This document shows, piece by piece, positions 9,621-19,325 of a stretch of 64,000 nt of DNA; position 1 is the stretch's first letter; each line of letters begins with the position of its first letter. Position numbers and translations under genes: made by a program. The stretch spans positions 40,915 through 104,914 of the forward strand of contig JASFYO010000021.1 of the NCBI GenBank assembly GCA_045047305.1. Direction: 5' to 3'. The DNA comes from Planctomycetota bacterium. Its GTDB lineage: Bacteria; Planctomycetota; UBA1135. A model generated the notes under the pieces. It was not told the DNA's origin and made no database searches. It worked only from the letters and a program-made list of their open reading frames with translations.

Positions 9621-10054
9621 ACCACGTCCTCTGTGGAGGCCGCTTGGAGCAATTGATCGCGAAAGGAGACATCCCCAAGGCGCCGAGCGACCTCGGTAAG
9701 CGTTTGCAGGTGCATTAACTTTTCGTGCTTTGGCACCAAAATCATCACCACTATTTGCGCTGGTTTGTCATCCAGCGAGGCGAAATCCAATCCATCGGGC
9801 AATAGGGCCATGCTGACGAACATCTGCTCTAAGCCCTCTACAGCCGCATGAGGCACTGCGATACCAGCCTCCATGCCAGTAGAAACGCATTCCTCACGTG
9901 CAACCACACACTCTAAGCATAGGTTTCGAACCTCAGAGGAGAGATCCCATGCGGTGGCGAGGGCATCCACCATGGATTCTAATAGCTCCCATTTGTCGGA
10001 CACCGGAGGTGCCAGAAGAATGGAGCCAGCGCGGAAATGGGTGGGGAAATCCAT
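9605..10054 (-). CDS. Stand-alone PTS EIIA domain protein (Ntr/Fru-type)
   Basis: ARE..STG...GIAVPHA phospho-His motif, DF.SLD.KP, HL..L. Confidence 0.88.
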   Translation of the reverse strand: MDFPTHFRAGSILLAPPVSDKWELLESMVDALATAWDLSSEVRNLCLECVVAREECVSTGMEAGIAVPHAAVEGLEQMFVSMALLPDGLDFASLDDKPAQIVVMILVPKHEKLMHLQTLTEVARRLGDVSFRDQLLQAASTEDVVQLWS

Positions 10055-10247
10055 CAGTTAGGGCGTGCACAGCATATCTTCAGCCAAGCGCGTGCAACAG
10101 CGGCCAAGGAGGAAGATTTTCTTGGAAGGGAAGGAAGTTTGTCCACGTCGGAAAACGCAGTCCGTAATGCTTTGAGCCGAGCTACCACAACGACTAGACT
10201 CTGCTCTACCCGGCGCCCACCGCGCCCCCACCTCATTCTAAGAGCGC

Positions 10248-12470
10248 ATGCTCCTCATCATCAGTCTTGGCCTAGCGCCACTCCTGTTTTCTCCATCCTT
10301 TCAGGAACCCGAAGAAGATCTTCAGGTCCCTGAGAGTGTCCTTCAGTCAGACGGCGAGTACTTCACACTTGACCTGAGCGAACTCGATGAAGGCGGCTTA
10401 ACGCTGCGCCAGTTCATCAAGATCTGTCAGCTCAACACTGGCCTGAACTTCACTTTGGATGAATCCAATTCCGCCAACGTGCGTCAGAAGTTAGATAATA
10501 AACGACTTCTGCTCTATGGAGAGAAACGCATTAAGAAAGAGGACTTCTACTCCTTCTTTCAAATCATGATGAAAATTCATGGGTTCGTTTGCGTCACGCA
10601 AGGATCTGGCGATCTTGAAGTGATTGTGATTACGGAACAACTGGCTTCGAATAACACATTGATTAAATCCAATGCTCTATTCATCAGCGAAGAAAAGGTG
10701 AAGGACTATGCGGACAAGCCTGGAACCTTCCTCTACACAGTAGTCCCGCTGAAGTACGCAGAAGCGCAAGACCTAGGAACCAACTTGCGGTCTGCGATTG
10801 GTGGTAACGTCGGCGACAACTCTTCCTTCATGCCGCTAACTCAAGAGCAAGCCTTGTTCATTCAAGGTTATGGCCCTTTTGTTGCTGCTGCCGTGCGCAT
10901 GATCAAGATTCTAGATAAGAAGCCAGATTTGGTGCAGCCGGAATTCCGCAAGATTCCATTGCGTGAAACCAGTGCGGAAGAGCTTGCCGATATCCTGGTG
11001 GATTTGGTTGAGAATCTACAGGGACCTGAAACTAGATCTCCGAATACCAATCGTCGTTCGGGCGCCAACCCTACGGCACCGATTGAGACAAACATTGTTG
11101 CCTTTCCTCAAGACAACTCTTTGTTAGTCACTGCCGACCCGGAAATCATGAATAGGATTCTAGATTTAGTGGCGCAACTCGACACCAAAGTGCTGGAGCC
11201 GCAATCGAATTTCCATTTGTATGTATTGCAGTACCTCAGCGCAGCGGACCTAGATGAAGCGATTTCCCAATTCTTGCAACGTTCGGAAGATGAGGCTGAA
11301 CGGGCAAGCAGAAATGCCTCGGGTGGAAGTAACTCCCGTTCGCGAGTCACTGAGCAGAAAATCATCGTGGAAATCCACGAGGAAACAAACTCACTCCTTG
11401 TTACAGCAACCCGTTCCAAATGGGAAGAGCTGCGCACCTTGCTGGACCGCTTAGATCGCCGTCAACCACAAGTGTTGATTGAAACGGCCTTGATTGAAGT
11501 CAGTAACGATTTCTCGAGAGACATTGGCATTGAATATGCCAATGTGGAAACCCCAACTGGAAATACGCAAAAAGGTTTCGTCTTTACTTCCGTGGGAATT
11601 ACTTCAGGTGACACCATTGGCGGACCGCGCCTGCCGTCTCCAACCGCTGCTGGTCTAACCTTCGGTATCTTTGATGGAGCAGATCTTGGTATCCCTTTCA
11701 TCATTCAAGCTGCGCAAGCCAACACCGACACCAACATCTTGTCGGTTCCATCCATCTTGGTTGCGAACAACAAGGGTGCTACAGTGACATCGGAAGACGA
11801 GATTCCGTTCCAAACTTCAAACGCAGTGCAAGGTGCGGTTGCCAGCAATGTGGATTACACCACAGCTGGTATTACTCTGAATATCACCCCTTCGATTTCG
11901 GCGCAGAAATACTTGCGGCTGTCGATTAAGCTCACGGTTTCTTCCTTCCGCGGCGAAGCCACTGGAACCCTTCCTCCGGCCAAGGCCACGCGGACCATTC
12001 AGACCAATGTAAACCTGCCTGATGGTGCCACCATGTGGCTCGGGGGCATCATTCGCGATGACATTACAGACAGCGAGAGTGGCATTCCTTACCTCTCAGA
12101 CATTCCCCTGATTGGTGGCCTCTTTGGGCGTAACACGAAGAGCAATGTGAAAACAACATTGTTCTTTTTCTGCACGCCTACAATCCTCGAAGACTTCAAC
12201 GAACTTGATGACATTTCCAAGGATGGAAAAGCGCGCGCTGCGGCAACCATTGGTTTGGAAAGGGTACGCATGATTGATCCTGACTATCAATACGATAGCC
12301 CTGTAGACATCATTTTAGAATCCGATAACGACCAAGATGGTAGTCCTGACTTTGGTTCGCTGAACCTATCCGGTTTCGCAGCACCAAGATACCAGGGTTC
12401 CGGTGGAGTCCTGAATGATGGATCTGCGGTTGGATCCAATCGTTTCCTGCCAGTCCAGAACAACAAGTGA
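10248..12470 (+). CDS. gspD: Type II secretion secretin GspD
   Basis: Signal peptide, N-domains (PLKYA, NSLLVT repeats), QVLIETALIEV, P.I..ANN, GITL.ITP, WLGGI, GIPYLSDIPLIGGLF. Confidence 0.92.
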   Translation: MLLIISLGLAPLLFSPSFQEPEEDLQVPESVLQSDGEYFTLDLSELDEGGLTLRQFIKICQLNTGLNFTLDESNSANVRQKLDNKRLLLYGEKRIKKEDFYSFFQIMMKIHGFVCVTQGSGDLEVIVITEQLASNNTLIKSNALFISEEKVKDYADKPGTFLYTVVPLKYAEAQDLGTNLRSAIGGNVGDNSSFMPLTQEQALFIQGYGPFVAAAVRMIKILDKKPDLVQPEFRKIPLRETSAEELADILVDLVENLQGPETRSPNTNRRSGANPTAPIETNIVAFPQDNSLLVTADPEIMNRILDLVAQLDTKVLEPQSNFHLYVLQYLSAADLDEAISQFLQRSEDEAERASRNASGGSNSRSRVTEQKIIVEIHEETNSLLVTATRSKWEELRTLLDRLDRRQPQVLIETALIEVSNDFSRDIGIEYANVETPTGNTQKGFVFTSVGITSGDTIGGPRLPSPTAAGLTFGIFDGADLGIPFIIQAAQANTDTNILSVPSILVANNKGATVTSEDEIPFQTSNAVQGAVASNVDYTTAGITLNITPSISAQKYLRLSIKLTVSSFRGEATGTLPPAKATRTIQTNVNLPDGATMWLGGIIRDDITDSESGIPYLSDIPLIGGLFGRNTKSNVKTTLFFFCTPTILEDFNELDDISKDGKARAAATIGLERVRMIDPDYQYDSPVDIILESDNDQDGSPDFGSLNLSGFAAPRYQGSGGVLNDGSAVGSNRFLPVQNNK

Positions 12471-14194
12471 GCAGCGAACCCCTGACTTCGCCTCCCGATT
12501 TGCTCGGTATTCTTGCAAAAGAAACCGGGCAGGACCCTATCGAGTTGCGCAAATTGCGTGATCAGGCCTCTTCTAGCGGTCAAACTCTCGATCGGGTACT
12601 TCTGACCCGGGGACTTGATGAAGCTTCCGTTTTGCGCGCTTTCGCGGAAGACTTGGAAATGGAATTCCTTGAGGACTTTCAAGGTGTTCAAGTCCCGAAA
12701 GCCTTCGTCGACCGTGTCCCCCTATCCTTTGCGCGGGCACACAACATGGTAGGGATGGCCATGGAAGGGTCGGAATTGGTGGTTGCATGCGCCCACCCAC
12801 TCGACATACATCCACAGGACGATCTCATTGCTATGGTCCCATGCAGCGTTCGCTTTGCATTGGCTACCAAGGCAGATATTACCGAACTGGTAAACCGAGC
12901 CTTTCGCCACCGTGCAGATGGCGTCGATGATGCGCTGGATGACCTAGAAGGCGCCGATATTGTAGGACTCGCTGCTGAAATTGATGAAAGTGAAGACCTG
13001 CTTGATGTGGCCAATAAGGCGCCCATCATCAAGCTAGTCAACTCTGTATTGTTCCAGGCGTTGAAACTGCGCGCATCCGATGTGCACTTCCAACCCTACA
13101 CCGACCGCATGCAGGTCCGCTTCCGCATCGACGGCATTCTCTACGATATGGAAGGCATTCCTAAAAAAGCCCAAGATGCCATCACTTCGCGTATTAAGGT
13201 GATGGGCAAAATGGATATCGCGGAACGTCGGCTTCCTCAAGACGGGCGCGCATCCATTCGCATTGGCGATGGCGAGGTCGACGTGCGGATTTCGGTAGTG
13301 CCTACCGCAGAAGGAGAACGCTGCGTGTTACGTCTACTTGACAAAACCGCCCGCTCTTACGATTTGCAGCACATCGGGTTGGACGAAGAAAACCTGAAGA
13401 CACTGAAGCATTACTTGAATTTCCCCCATGGCATCATCTTGGTCACGGGGCCTACGGGGTCAGGGAAAACCACCACGCTATACGGTGGCCTGACTGAGAT
13501 CAGTACGGGTGAAAAAAATATTCTGACGATTGAGGATCCCGTCGAGTATCAACTCGACGGGATCTCGCAGGTGCAGGTGAACGTTAAAAAAGGACTGACC
13601 TTCGCGGCAGGTTTGCGTTCCTTCTTACGTCAAGATCCAGATGTAATGATGGTTGGTGAAATCCGCGACCTCGAAACGGCAGAAATTGCCATTCGAGCGG
13701 CAATCACCGGGCACCTAGTGTTCTCTACCGTGCACACCAATGACGCCCCAAGCACGGTAACTCGTCTTATCGACCTGGGTCTAGAGTCTTACTTGGTCTC
13801 CTCGTCTTTGGTGCTAGTTGTGGCACAGCGTTTGGTGCGAACCTTGTGTCAAACTTGCATTACCTGGATAGAACCAGACGAACAACAAATTGCAACTTTG
13901 CGCGCCGTTGGTATCGACCGCGAATTGTTAAAGGATGGGAAATTCGCCCATTCCCCAGGATGCGAGGACTGCTTCCATTCCGGATACCAAGGCAGAACGG
14001 CTATCTATGAACTTTTGCCAATGACAGAAACCATGCGTGAGTTGGTCATGAACAATGTCTCTGCAGCAGAACTCAAACGTGCTGCGATTCAAGGTGGCAT
14101 GCGGACTTTACGCCAAGACGGCATGCTAAAAGTCATTGCCGGTGAAACTTCTCCGGAAGAAATCATGCGTGTGACTCAGTTGGACATCATCTAG
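12467..14194 (+). CDS. gspE: Type II secretion ATPase GspE
   Basis: ASDVH, ERRLPQDG, GPTGSGKTT, EDPVEY, RQDPD..GEIRD, tetracysteine CQTC/CEDC. Confidence 0.95.
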   Translation: MSSEPLTSPPDLLGILAKETGQDPIELRKLRDQASSSGQTLDRVLLTRGLDEASVLRAFAEDLEMEFLEDFQGVQVPKAFVDRVPLSFARAHNMVGMAMEGSELVVACAHPLDIHPQDDLIAMVPCSVRFALATKADITELVNRAFRHRADGVDDALDDLEGADIVGLAAEIDESEDLLDVANKAPIIKLVNSVLFQALKLRASDVHFQPYTDRMQVRFRIDGILYDMEGIPKKAQDAITSRIKVMGKMDIAERRLPQDGRASIRIGDGEVDVRISVVPTAEGERCVLRLLDKTARSYDLQHIGLDEENLKTLKHYLNFPHGIILVTGPTGSGKTTTLYGGLTEISTGEKNILTIEDPVEYQLDGISQVQVNVKKGLTFAAGLRSFLRQDPDVMMVGEIRDLETAEIAIRAAITGHLVFSTVHTNDAPSTVTRLIDLGLESYLVSSSLVLVVAQRLVRTLCQTCITWIEPDEQQIATLRAVGIDRELLKDGKFAHSPGCEDCFHSGYQGRTAIYELLPMTETMRELVMNNVSAAELKRAAIQGGMRTLRQDGMLKVIAGETSPEEIMRVTQLDII

Positions 14195-14212
14195 TCCTTT
14201 AGGGGACCGAAA

Positions 14213-15511
14213 ATGCCGGTTTACGAGTGGAAAGGATTTAACAGCAAAGGCAAGAAAGCCTCTGGTGTCATTGACGCTGATTCCCCACGCGATGCGCGGG
14301 CGAAGTGCAAACGGCAGGGCATGCTAGTCACGGGCTTGGTAGAAATTCGTGCGGGAAGGAAAAAACGCACTGCCATGGTCTCGGCTTCCAAGGCCGGGCG
14401 CAAAGAGAACAAGCAACTTGCTCGATTCAAAAAAAGCATAGAATCTGCACGTGGCCGCAAAGAAGGCGGAATACGAAGTAAAGGGCGTACCGATGAGGTC
14501 GCAACTTTTACTCGTCAACTCGCCACCTTGACCAAGGCCGGCATTCCGATTACAGAAGCTCTGCGCGCGATCATTGAACAAACAGAAAATAAACGTCTAA
14601 ACATTCTTTATCGTGATATTCGTGAGCAGATTTCGCAAGGAACGCCGACGGCAGACGCATTGGCATCTCACCCGGATTACTTTGATTCCCTCAACGTATC
14701 GATGGTTCGCGCAGGTGAGGCCTCGGGGCATTTAGATTCCGTTCTGTTGAAGATGTCCAATTTCATGCAAGAACAGAGCAAAGTCCGAAACAAAGTGCAG
14801 GCTGCCATGATGTACCCCATGGTAATGCTATTGGTTGGCTTTGGCGTCATTGGGCTATTGATTGGTTTTGTAGTACCAAAAATCACTTTGATGCTGGAGA
14901 GCCAAGGAAGTGAACTTCCCCTCCCAACCCGGATATTGCAGGGCACTTCCGATTTCTTAATCGGATACTGGTGGGTTCTTTTTATTGTGATTATTTTCGC
15001 GTCACTCGGGTTTAACCTCTTCTATTCTTCCGACAAGGGTCGCCTTTCTGTAGACACGAAAATGCTGAAACTACCCATCTTTGGTGACTTGCTCAAGAAA
15101 CAGGCTATCGCACGATTTGCACAAACTTTCGCCACACTTCTCTCTTCTGGAGTACCTGTAGTACGTTGTTTGGAAGTAAACCGCACCGTGCTCGGCAACC
15201 GTCTCATGGAAAACACCATCGATGATGTGCGCAAGAAAATTATTGAAGGGGCAGACATCGCTGGACCGATTAAAGCGTCGGGGGTGTTTCCGCCCCTACT
15301 CGGTTACATGATTGCAGTGGGCGAACAATCCGGAGAGCTCGATTCCATGATGCAACAGATTGGTGATACTTACCAAGACGAAGTGGAAATCGCGACGCAA
15401 AAACTAACTTCCCTCATTGAACCAGTCCTAATCCTAGTGTTAGCGGTTATGGTCGGGTTCATCATCATGGCCATCTTGTGGCCGGTCCTACAAATGACCT
15501 CAAACTTTTAG
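14213..15511 (+). CDS. gspF: Type II secretion inner-membrane platform GspF
   Basis: FTRQLATL..AG, GE.SG.L, YP, LP.PT, GE.SGEL, LIEP; three TM helices. Confidence 0.95.
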   Translation: MPVYEWKGFNSKGKKASGVIDADSPRDARAKCKRQGMLVTGLVEIRAGRKKRTAMVSASKAGRKENKQLARFKKSIESARGRKEGGIRSKGRTDEVATFTRQLATLTKAGIPITEALRAIIEQTENKRLNILYRDIREQISQGTPTADALASHPDYFDSLNVSMVRAGEASGHLDSVLLKMSNFMQEQSKVRNKVQAAMMYPMVMLLVGFGVIGLLIGFVVPKITLMLESQGSELPLPTRILQGTSDFLIGYWWVLFIVIIFASLGFNLFYSSDKGRLSVDTKMLKLPIFGDLLKKQAIARFAQTFATLLSSGVPVVRCLEVNRTVLGNRLMENTIDDVRKKIIEGADIAGPIKASGVFPPLLGYMIAVGEQSGELDSMMQQIGDTYQDEVEIATQKLTSLIEPVLILVLAVMVGFIIMAILWPVLQMTSNF

Positions 15512-15513
15512 AC

Positions 15514-15927
15514 ATGAAAATCCAAACAAAACTTAAAAAGCGCGCGGGCTTTACTCTCATCGAGATCATGGTGGTGGTCCTCATCATCGGACTTTTGGTC
15601 AGTGTGGTTGGGCCTAACATTTGGAATGCATTGGTTAGCAGTCAAGCCAAAATCGCGGACACTCAAATTCGTTCGTTCCATGATGCCATGGATCACTATA
15701 AGTTAAGTAACTACACCTACCCAGACAGTTTGGAGGCCTTAACCGAACCGGACCCAGTGACCGGCAATCCAATCATTAAAACCATTCCTCTAGATCCTTG
15801 GCAGAATGAATATGTCTTGGACCAGGATGCTGATGGCAATCCCGTGATCACTTGTTATGGTGCCGATGGCGTGCCTGGCGGAGAGGGCGAGAACAAGGAC
15901 ATCTCTTCGGAAACTATAGGGATTTAG
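15514..15927 (+). CDS. gspG: Major pseudopilin GspG
   Basis: G|FTLIEIMVV prepilin site, YP..L.AL, DPWQN.Y, GADG..GGEG...DI. Confidence 0.93.
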   Translation: MKIQTKLKKRAGFTLIEIMVVVLIIGLLVSVVGPNIWNALVSSQAKIADTQIRSFHDAMDHYKLSNYTYPDSLEALTEPDPVTGNPIIKTIPLDPWQNEYVLDQDADGNPVITCYGADGVPGGEGENKDISSETIGI

Positions 15928-15935
15928 AGGTTAGG

Positions 15936-16487
15936 ATGAGGGCAAGAAGAGGGCGTCAGGCCGGATTTTCTCTGATTGAGATTACTGCCGTGGTCATCCT
16001 CATTGCCCTTGTTGCAAGTGTTGCCATGACCCGCTTGGATGGAGTGCTTCCATCTACTCGTTCTGAATCCGCTGCACGTGAGGTTCTGGCAACCTTAGAT
16101 TTTGCCCGCACCCAAGCTATCGCCAAGGCGCAGCCTTACGAAGTGGTTTTTGATTTTCCAGAACAACGCTACAGCATCCGAGTTCCGTTCGATTCCGAAG
16201 GTGTTTTAATTCCAAATCAAGAGGATCGGCCTTTGCTCTCTTGGCACCATTTTGAAAAGGGAGTTGAGATTCTGGGCATACTTGACCCGCGTGGGGAAAT
16301 CGTCAGAGACGGAATCTACGCCATTACATTTGATGACCAAGGCGCCTCTAGTGACGTCCATATATATATTGGACACACAGAAAACAAGGACTTTGAACTC
16401 ACTCTACGGGTGCTTTCGCTCACTGGTATCGCAAGCGTATTTCAAGGACATCTGGAACCCGAATTTCTGGTGGAAAATGATTTTTAA
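15936..16487 (+). CDS. gspH: Minor pseudopilin GspH-like
   Basis: G|FSLIE prepilin site, AR.QA helix; position after gspG. Confidence 0.8.
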   Translation: MRARRGRQAGFSLIEITAVVILIALVASVAMTRLDGVLPSTRSESAAREVLATLDFARTQAIAKAQPYEVVFDFPEQRYSIRVPFDSEGVLIPNQEDRPLLSWHHFEKGVEILGILDPRGEIVRDGIYAITFDDQGASSDVHIYIGHTENKDFELTLRVLSLTGIASVFQGHLEPEFLVENDF

Positions 16488-17043
16488 CCATCCGCCATCC
16501 GTGAAGCGGACATCCTCTGGCTTCACTCTAGTTGAGATTATGGCTGCTGTGACTTTACTAGCAATCATTTTCACCACGGTGATGCAAATCAAGGCTGGCT
16601 CTATCGCCAAGGCCACTCATGCACGAGCTTTATCGGTAGCATCACGCCTGGGGCTGGGACTGCAGCATCAGATCGAAGCTGGCATGGTCGCAGAACTTTA
16701 TGATGGATACGAAGGCGACTTTTCCGAAGATGGATTCGGTGATTTCCATTACATCATTGGTCTCGGTGATGGCAGCGCGTATTCCTCGGCCTCAGACAAT
16801 GAATCCGATTCAGAGGGGATTTGGAGGCGCTTTCGCCAGACAGAAGAGGAAGACCGTGACAAGGATGCTATGCAGCCAGAATTCACTCGGGTATTTCTCA
16901 CCGTAAGCTTCCCAGATGTTCGCCAACAAGGTGAGGAAGAATCATTTACTTTAGAGAGCCTGATTGACACTTGGGCTGTATATCAAGATTTCGAACTGTA
17001 CCGCACCCTCTGGCCAGAGCTAATTGGCGAAACCATCGAATGA
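16477..17043 (+). CDS. gspI: Minor pseudopilin GspI-like
   Basis: G|FTLVEIM prepilin site; position in cluster. Confidence 0.72.
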   Translation: MIFNHPPSVKRTSSGFTLVEIMAAVTLLAIIFTTVMQIKAGSIAKATHARALSVASRLGLGLQHQIEAGMVAELYDGYEGDFSEDGFGDFHYIIGLGDGSAYSSASDNESDSEGIWRRFRQTEEEDRDKDAMQPEFTRVFLTVSFPDVRQQGEEESFTLESLIDTWAVYQDFELYRTLWPELIGETIE

Positions 17044-17912
17044 AACGCGGCTTCACTCTTTTGGAGGTCATGATTTCATTGGCCATCATGGGCATGGTCA
17101 TGGCAACTGTGATGGAAACAGTGAATCAAACCCGGTCTGCGGTGGATGCGATTCATAATATCATGGAGACCGAAAATACTGGTCCGCGCATCCTCCAAAC
17201 TATCCGCCAAGATTTAGAAGCACTCGCAATCTATGATGCTGCTGAGTACAAAGTTTTCAAAGGGGTAAATCAAACTCAAATGGGCGCCGAGGCTGATCGG
17301 ATTGACCTTATCGTTAGAAAGAAGGGAACGGTTCCCGTAGATTTACCTACCCGAATGGAAACTGTTTTCGCCCCTTTCAATGAAGTGGGTTATCGATTGC
17401 GTCAAAACCCACTGCGACCGGATTTCCTCGAGCTTTATCGTCGCGAGGATTCTTTGGTGGATGAGGACCCCTTCCGTGACGGGACTTTTACTTTGGTCTA
17501 TGACCGGATTATCAGCTTAGATATTCGCTACGCAGAAGAACCTGAAAACCAGATCGTGTGGCTCGATTCCTGGGACAGCTATGAGCGTGAAGGGCTCCCA
17601 TTTGCAATTGAGATTTATCTGGAGATTGAAATCCAGCCACGGCGCTCCTTGGAAAGCCTTAACATTTTAGGTGCCAATTTAGCGCGTCTTGAATACACCG
17701 ATGTCATTCATATTCCTGAAGAGACTAGGTGGCGTTTCAGGAATCGCCTACATCCAGAATTGCCCGGTGATACTGCCGATGACCCGGGTCAAGCTGTGGA
17801 CCAGAACGGGAACCCCATAGATACGACCAATGGTTTAGGGAATGGGTCCGAATCCGGATCTGTATCCGGCACTGGGACCGATACTCGCGGTACTAACAGC
17901 CTTGGCGGTTAA
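17040..17912 (+). CDS. gspJ: Minor pseudopilin GspJ-like
   Basis: MKRG|FTLLEVM, I.QDL, EVGYRL, W.DSWD...LP.A.EI; Gly/Ser/Thr-rich tail. Confidence 0.82.
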   Translation: MKRGFTLLEVMISLAIMGMVMATVMETVNQTRSAVDAIHNIMETENTGPRILQTIRQDLEALAIYDAAEYKVFKGVNQTQMGAEADRIDLIVRKKGTVPVDLPTRMETVFAPFNEVGYRLRQNPLRPDFLELYRREDSLVDEDPFRDGTFTLVYDRIISLDIRYAEEPENQIVWLDSWDSYEREGLPFAIEIYLEIEIQPRRSLESLNILGANLARLEYTDVIHIPEETRWRFRNRLHPELPGDTADDPGQAVDQNGNPIDTTNGLGNGSESGSVSGTGTDTRGTNSLGG

Positions 17913-17996
17913 GATGGAGGGAAACCTGATTTGTCCCAACATGGACGATCAGCAGTTGCCGATTAGTAGGTTTTAGGTTTATTTCGCTTTAAGCTC

Positions 17997-19283
17997 TTAA
18001 TCACCCTGCTTCCCGCGCAGAAATGTTTCTCCGCCTAAGTAGGGTTGTAAAGCGACCGGCACACGAATGGAACCGTCAGCTTCTTGATGGTTTTCCATGA
18101 AAGCGATTAAGACTCTCGGAGAAGCAATAACAGTGTTATTTAGTGAATGGCAGAACTGAGGCTTTCCCTTCCCTTCAGGACGGTAACGTATGTTGAGGCG
18201 ACGGGTCTGGAAATCATGGAAACGGGAAGCGGAGTGAGTTTCCCCATATGAATTCCGACTAGGCATCCATGTTTCGATATCAAATTTCTGAACTTGCCCT
18301 TGCCCAAGATCGCCGGTGCAAACATTGACTACACGATAGGGAAGCTCGAGTAGATCCATGAGATCTGTGGCATGCGCAAGCATCCGCTTATGCTCCTCAA
18401 GCGACCAGGCCTTATCGTTAGGACCAAGTACCACCTGTTCCACCTTCCAAAACTGATGGACACGGTAAAGGCCTTTGGTGTCCTTACCGTAGGTGCCGGC
18501 TTCGCGACGATAACAAGGTGACAAGGCGACCCGTCGTAATGGTAGACGGTCAAAATCTAGAGTTTCATCCGAGTGAATGGAGGTCAATGGCACCTCGGAT
18601 GTGCCAACAAGAGCGAGGTCATCGCGCTCTACCAAATAGGCCTGCTCTTCCCCACCGGGGAAATACCCAGTGCCTTCCATACATGCACGATTCACGAGTG
18701 TTGGCACGGAAACCATTTCAAAGCCACGTTGCTGCATGTGGTCGAGAGCTAAGTTGAGTACGGCTCGTTCCAAGCGTGCAGCGTCTCCCATTAATAGGTA
18801 GTTCCGTGATCCGGCGATTTTCACTCCGCGCTTGATATCAATGATGCCGAGTTTCTCCCCCAGGTCATCGTGAGTTTGGATCTCAAAATCCTTTTTAGGA
18901 ATAGGACCAGAAATGAACATTTCCACATTGCCAGTGTCATCTCGGCCATCGGGAACATCCGAGGCCGGCGGCATGGGTAAGCGCATGGCGAAATCATGAA
19001 CGACTGCGCGCAACTCGTGCTCTTGTCTTTCTAAATCTTTAAGGGACGCTTTCTTTGCGCGCTGCTTGGTCAACGCAACGTCTCGCTCCGCAGGTTCCAT
19101 TTTCCCCAAAGATGAGGAAGAATGTTTCAAATCGGCACGCAAACTTTCGACCTGCTGCAGCAAAGCCCGATAGTTGCGGTCATTTTCGAGGTAAGCGTCA
19201 ACCACTGTTGGGTCAAAACGTTTACGTGTTGCAGCATCACGGACTTCGTCCGCATGCTCCCTTACCCATTTGGCATCAAGCAC
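17997..19283 (-). CDS. serS: Serine--tRNA ligase
   Basis: MLD.K.VR, GTSEVP, YRREAG..G.DT.GL.RVHQF.KVE, SLNNT..A.PR. Confidence 0.97.
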   Translation of the reverse strand: MLDAKWVREHADEVRDAATRKRFDPTVVDAYLENDRNYRALLQQVESLRADLKHSSSSLGKMEPAERDVALTKQRAKKASLKDLERQEHELRAVVHDFAMRLPMPPASDVPDGRDDTGNVEMFISGPIPKKDFEIQTHDDLGEKLGIIDIKRGVKIAGSRNYLLMGDAARLERAVLNLALDHMQQRGFEMVSVPTLVNRACMEGTGYFPGGEEQAYLVERDDLALVGTSEVPLTSIHSDETLDFDRLPLRRVALSPCYRREAGTYGKDTKGLYRVHQFWKVEQVVLGPNDKAWSLEEHKRMLAHATDLMDLLELPYRVVNVCTGDLGQGQVQKFDIETWMPSRNSYGETHSASRFHDFQTRRLNIRYRPEGKGKPQFCHSLNNTVIASPRVLIAFMENHQEADGSIRVPVALQPYLGGETFLRGKQGD

Positions 19284-19325
19284 AGTTCTGGTGTTGGAAT
19301 CGAAAGACTATTAGGAGGTGTAGGC

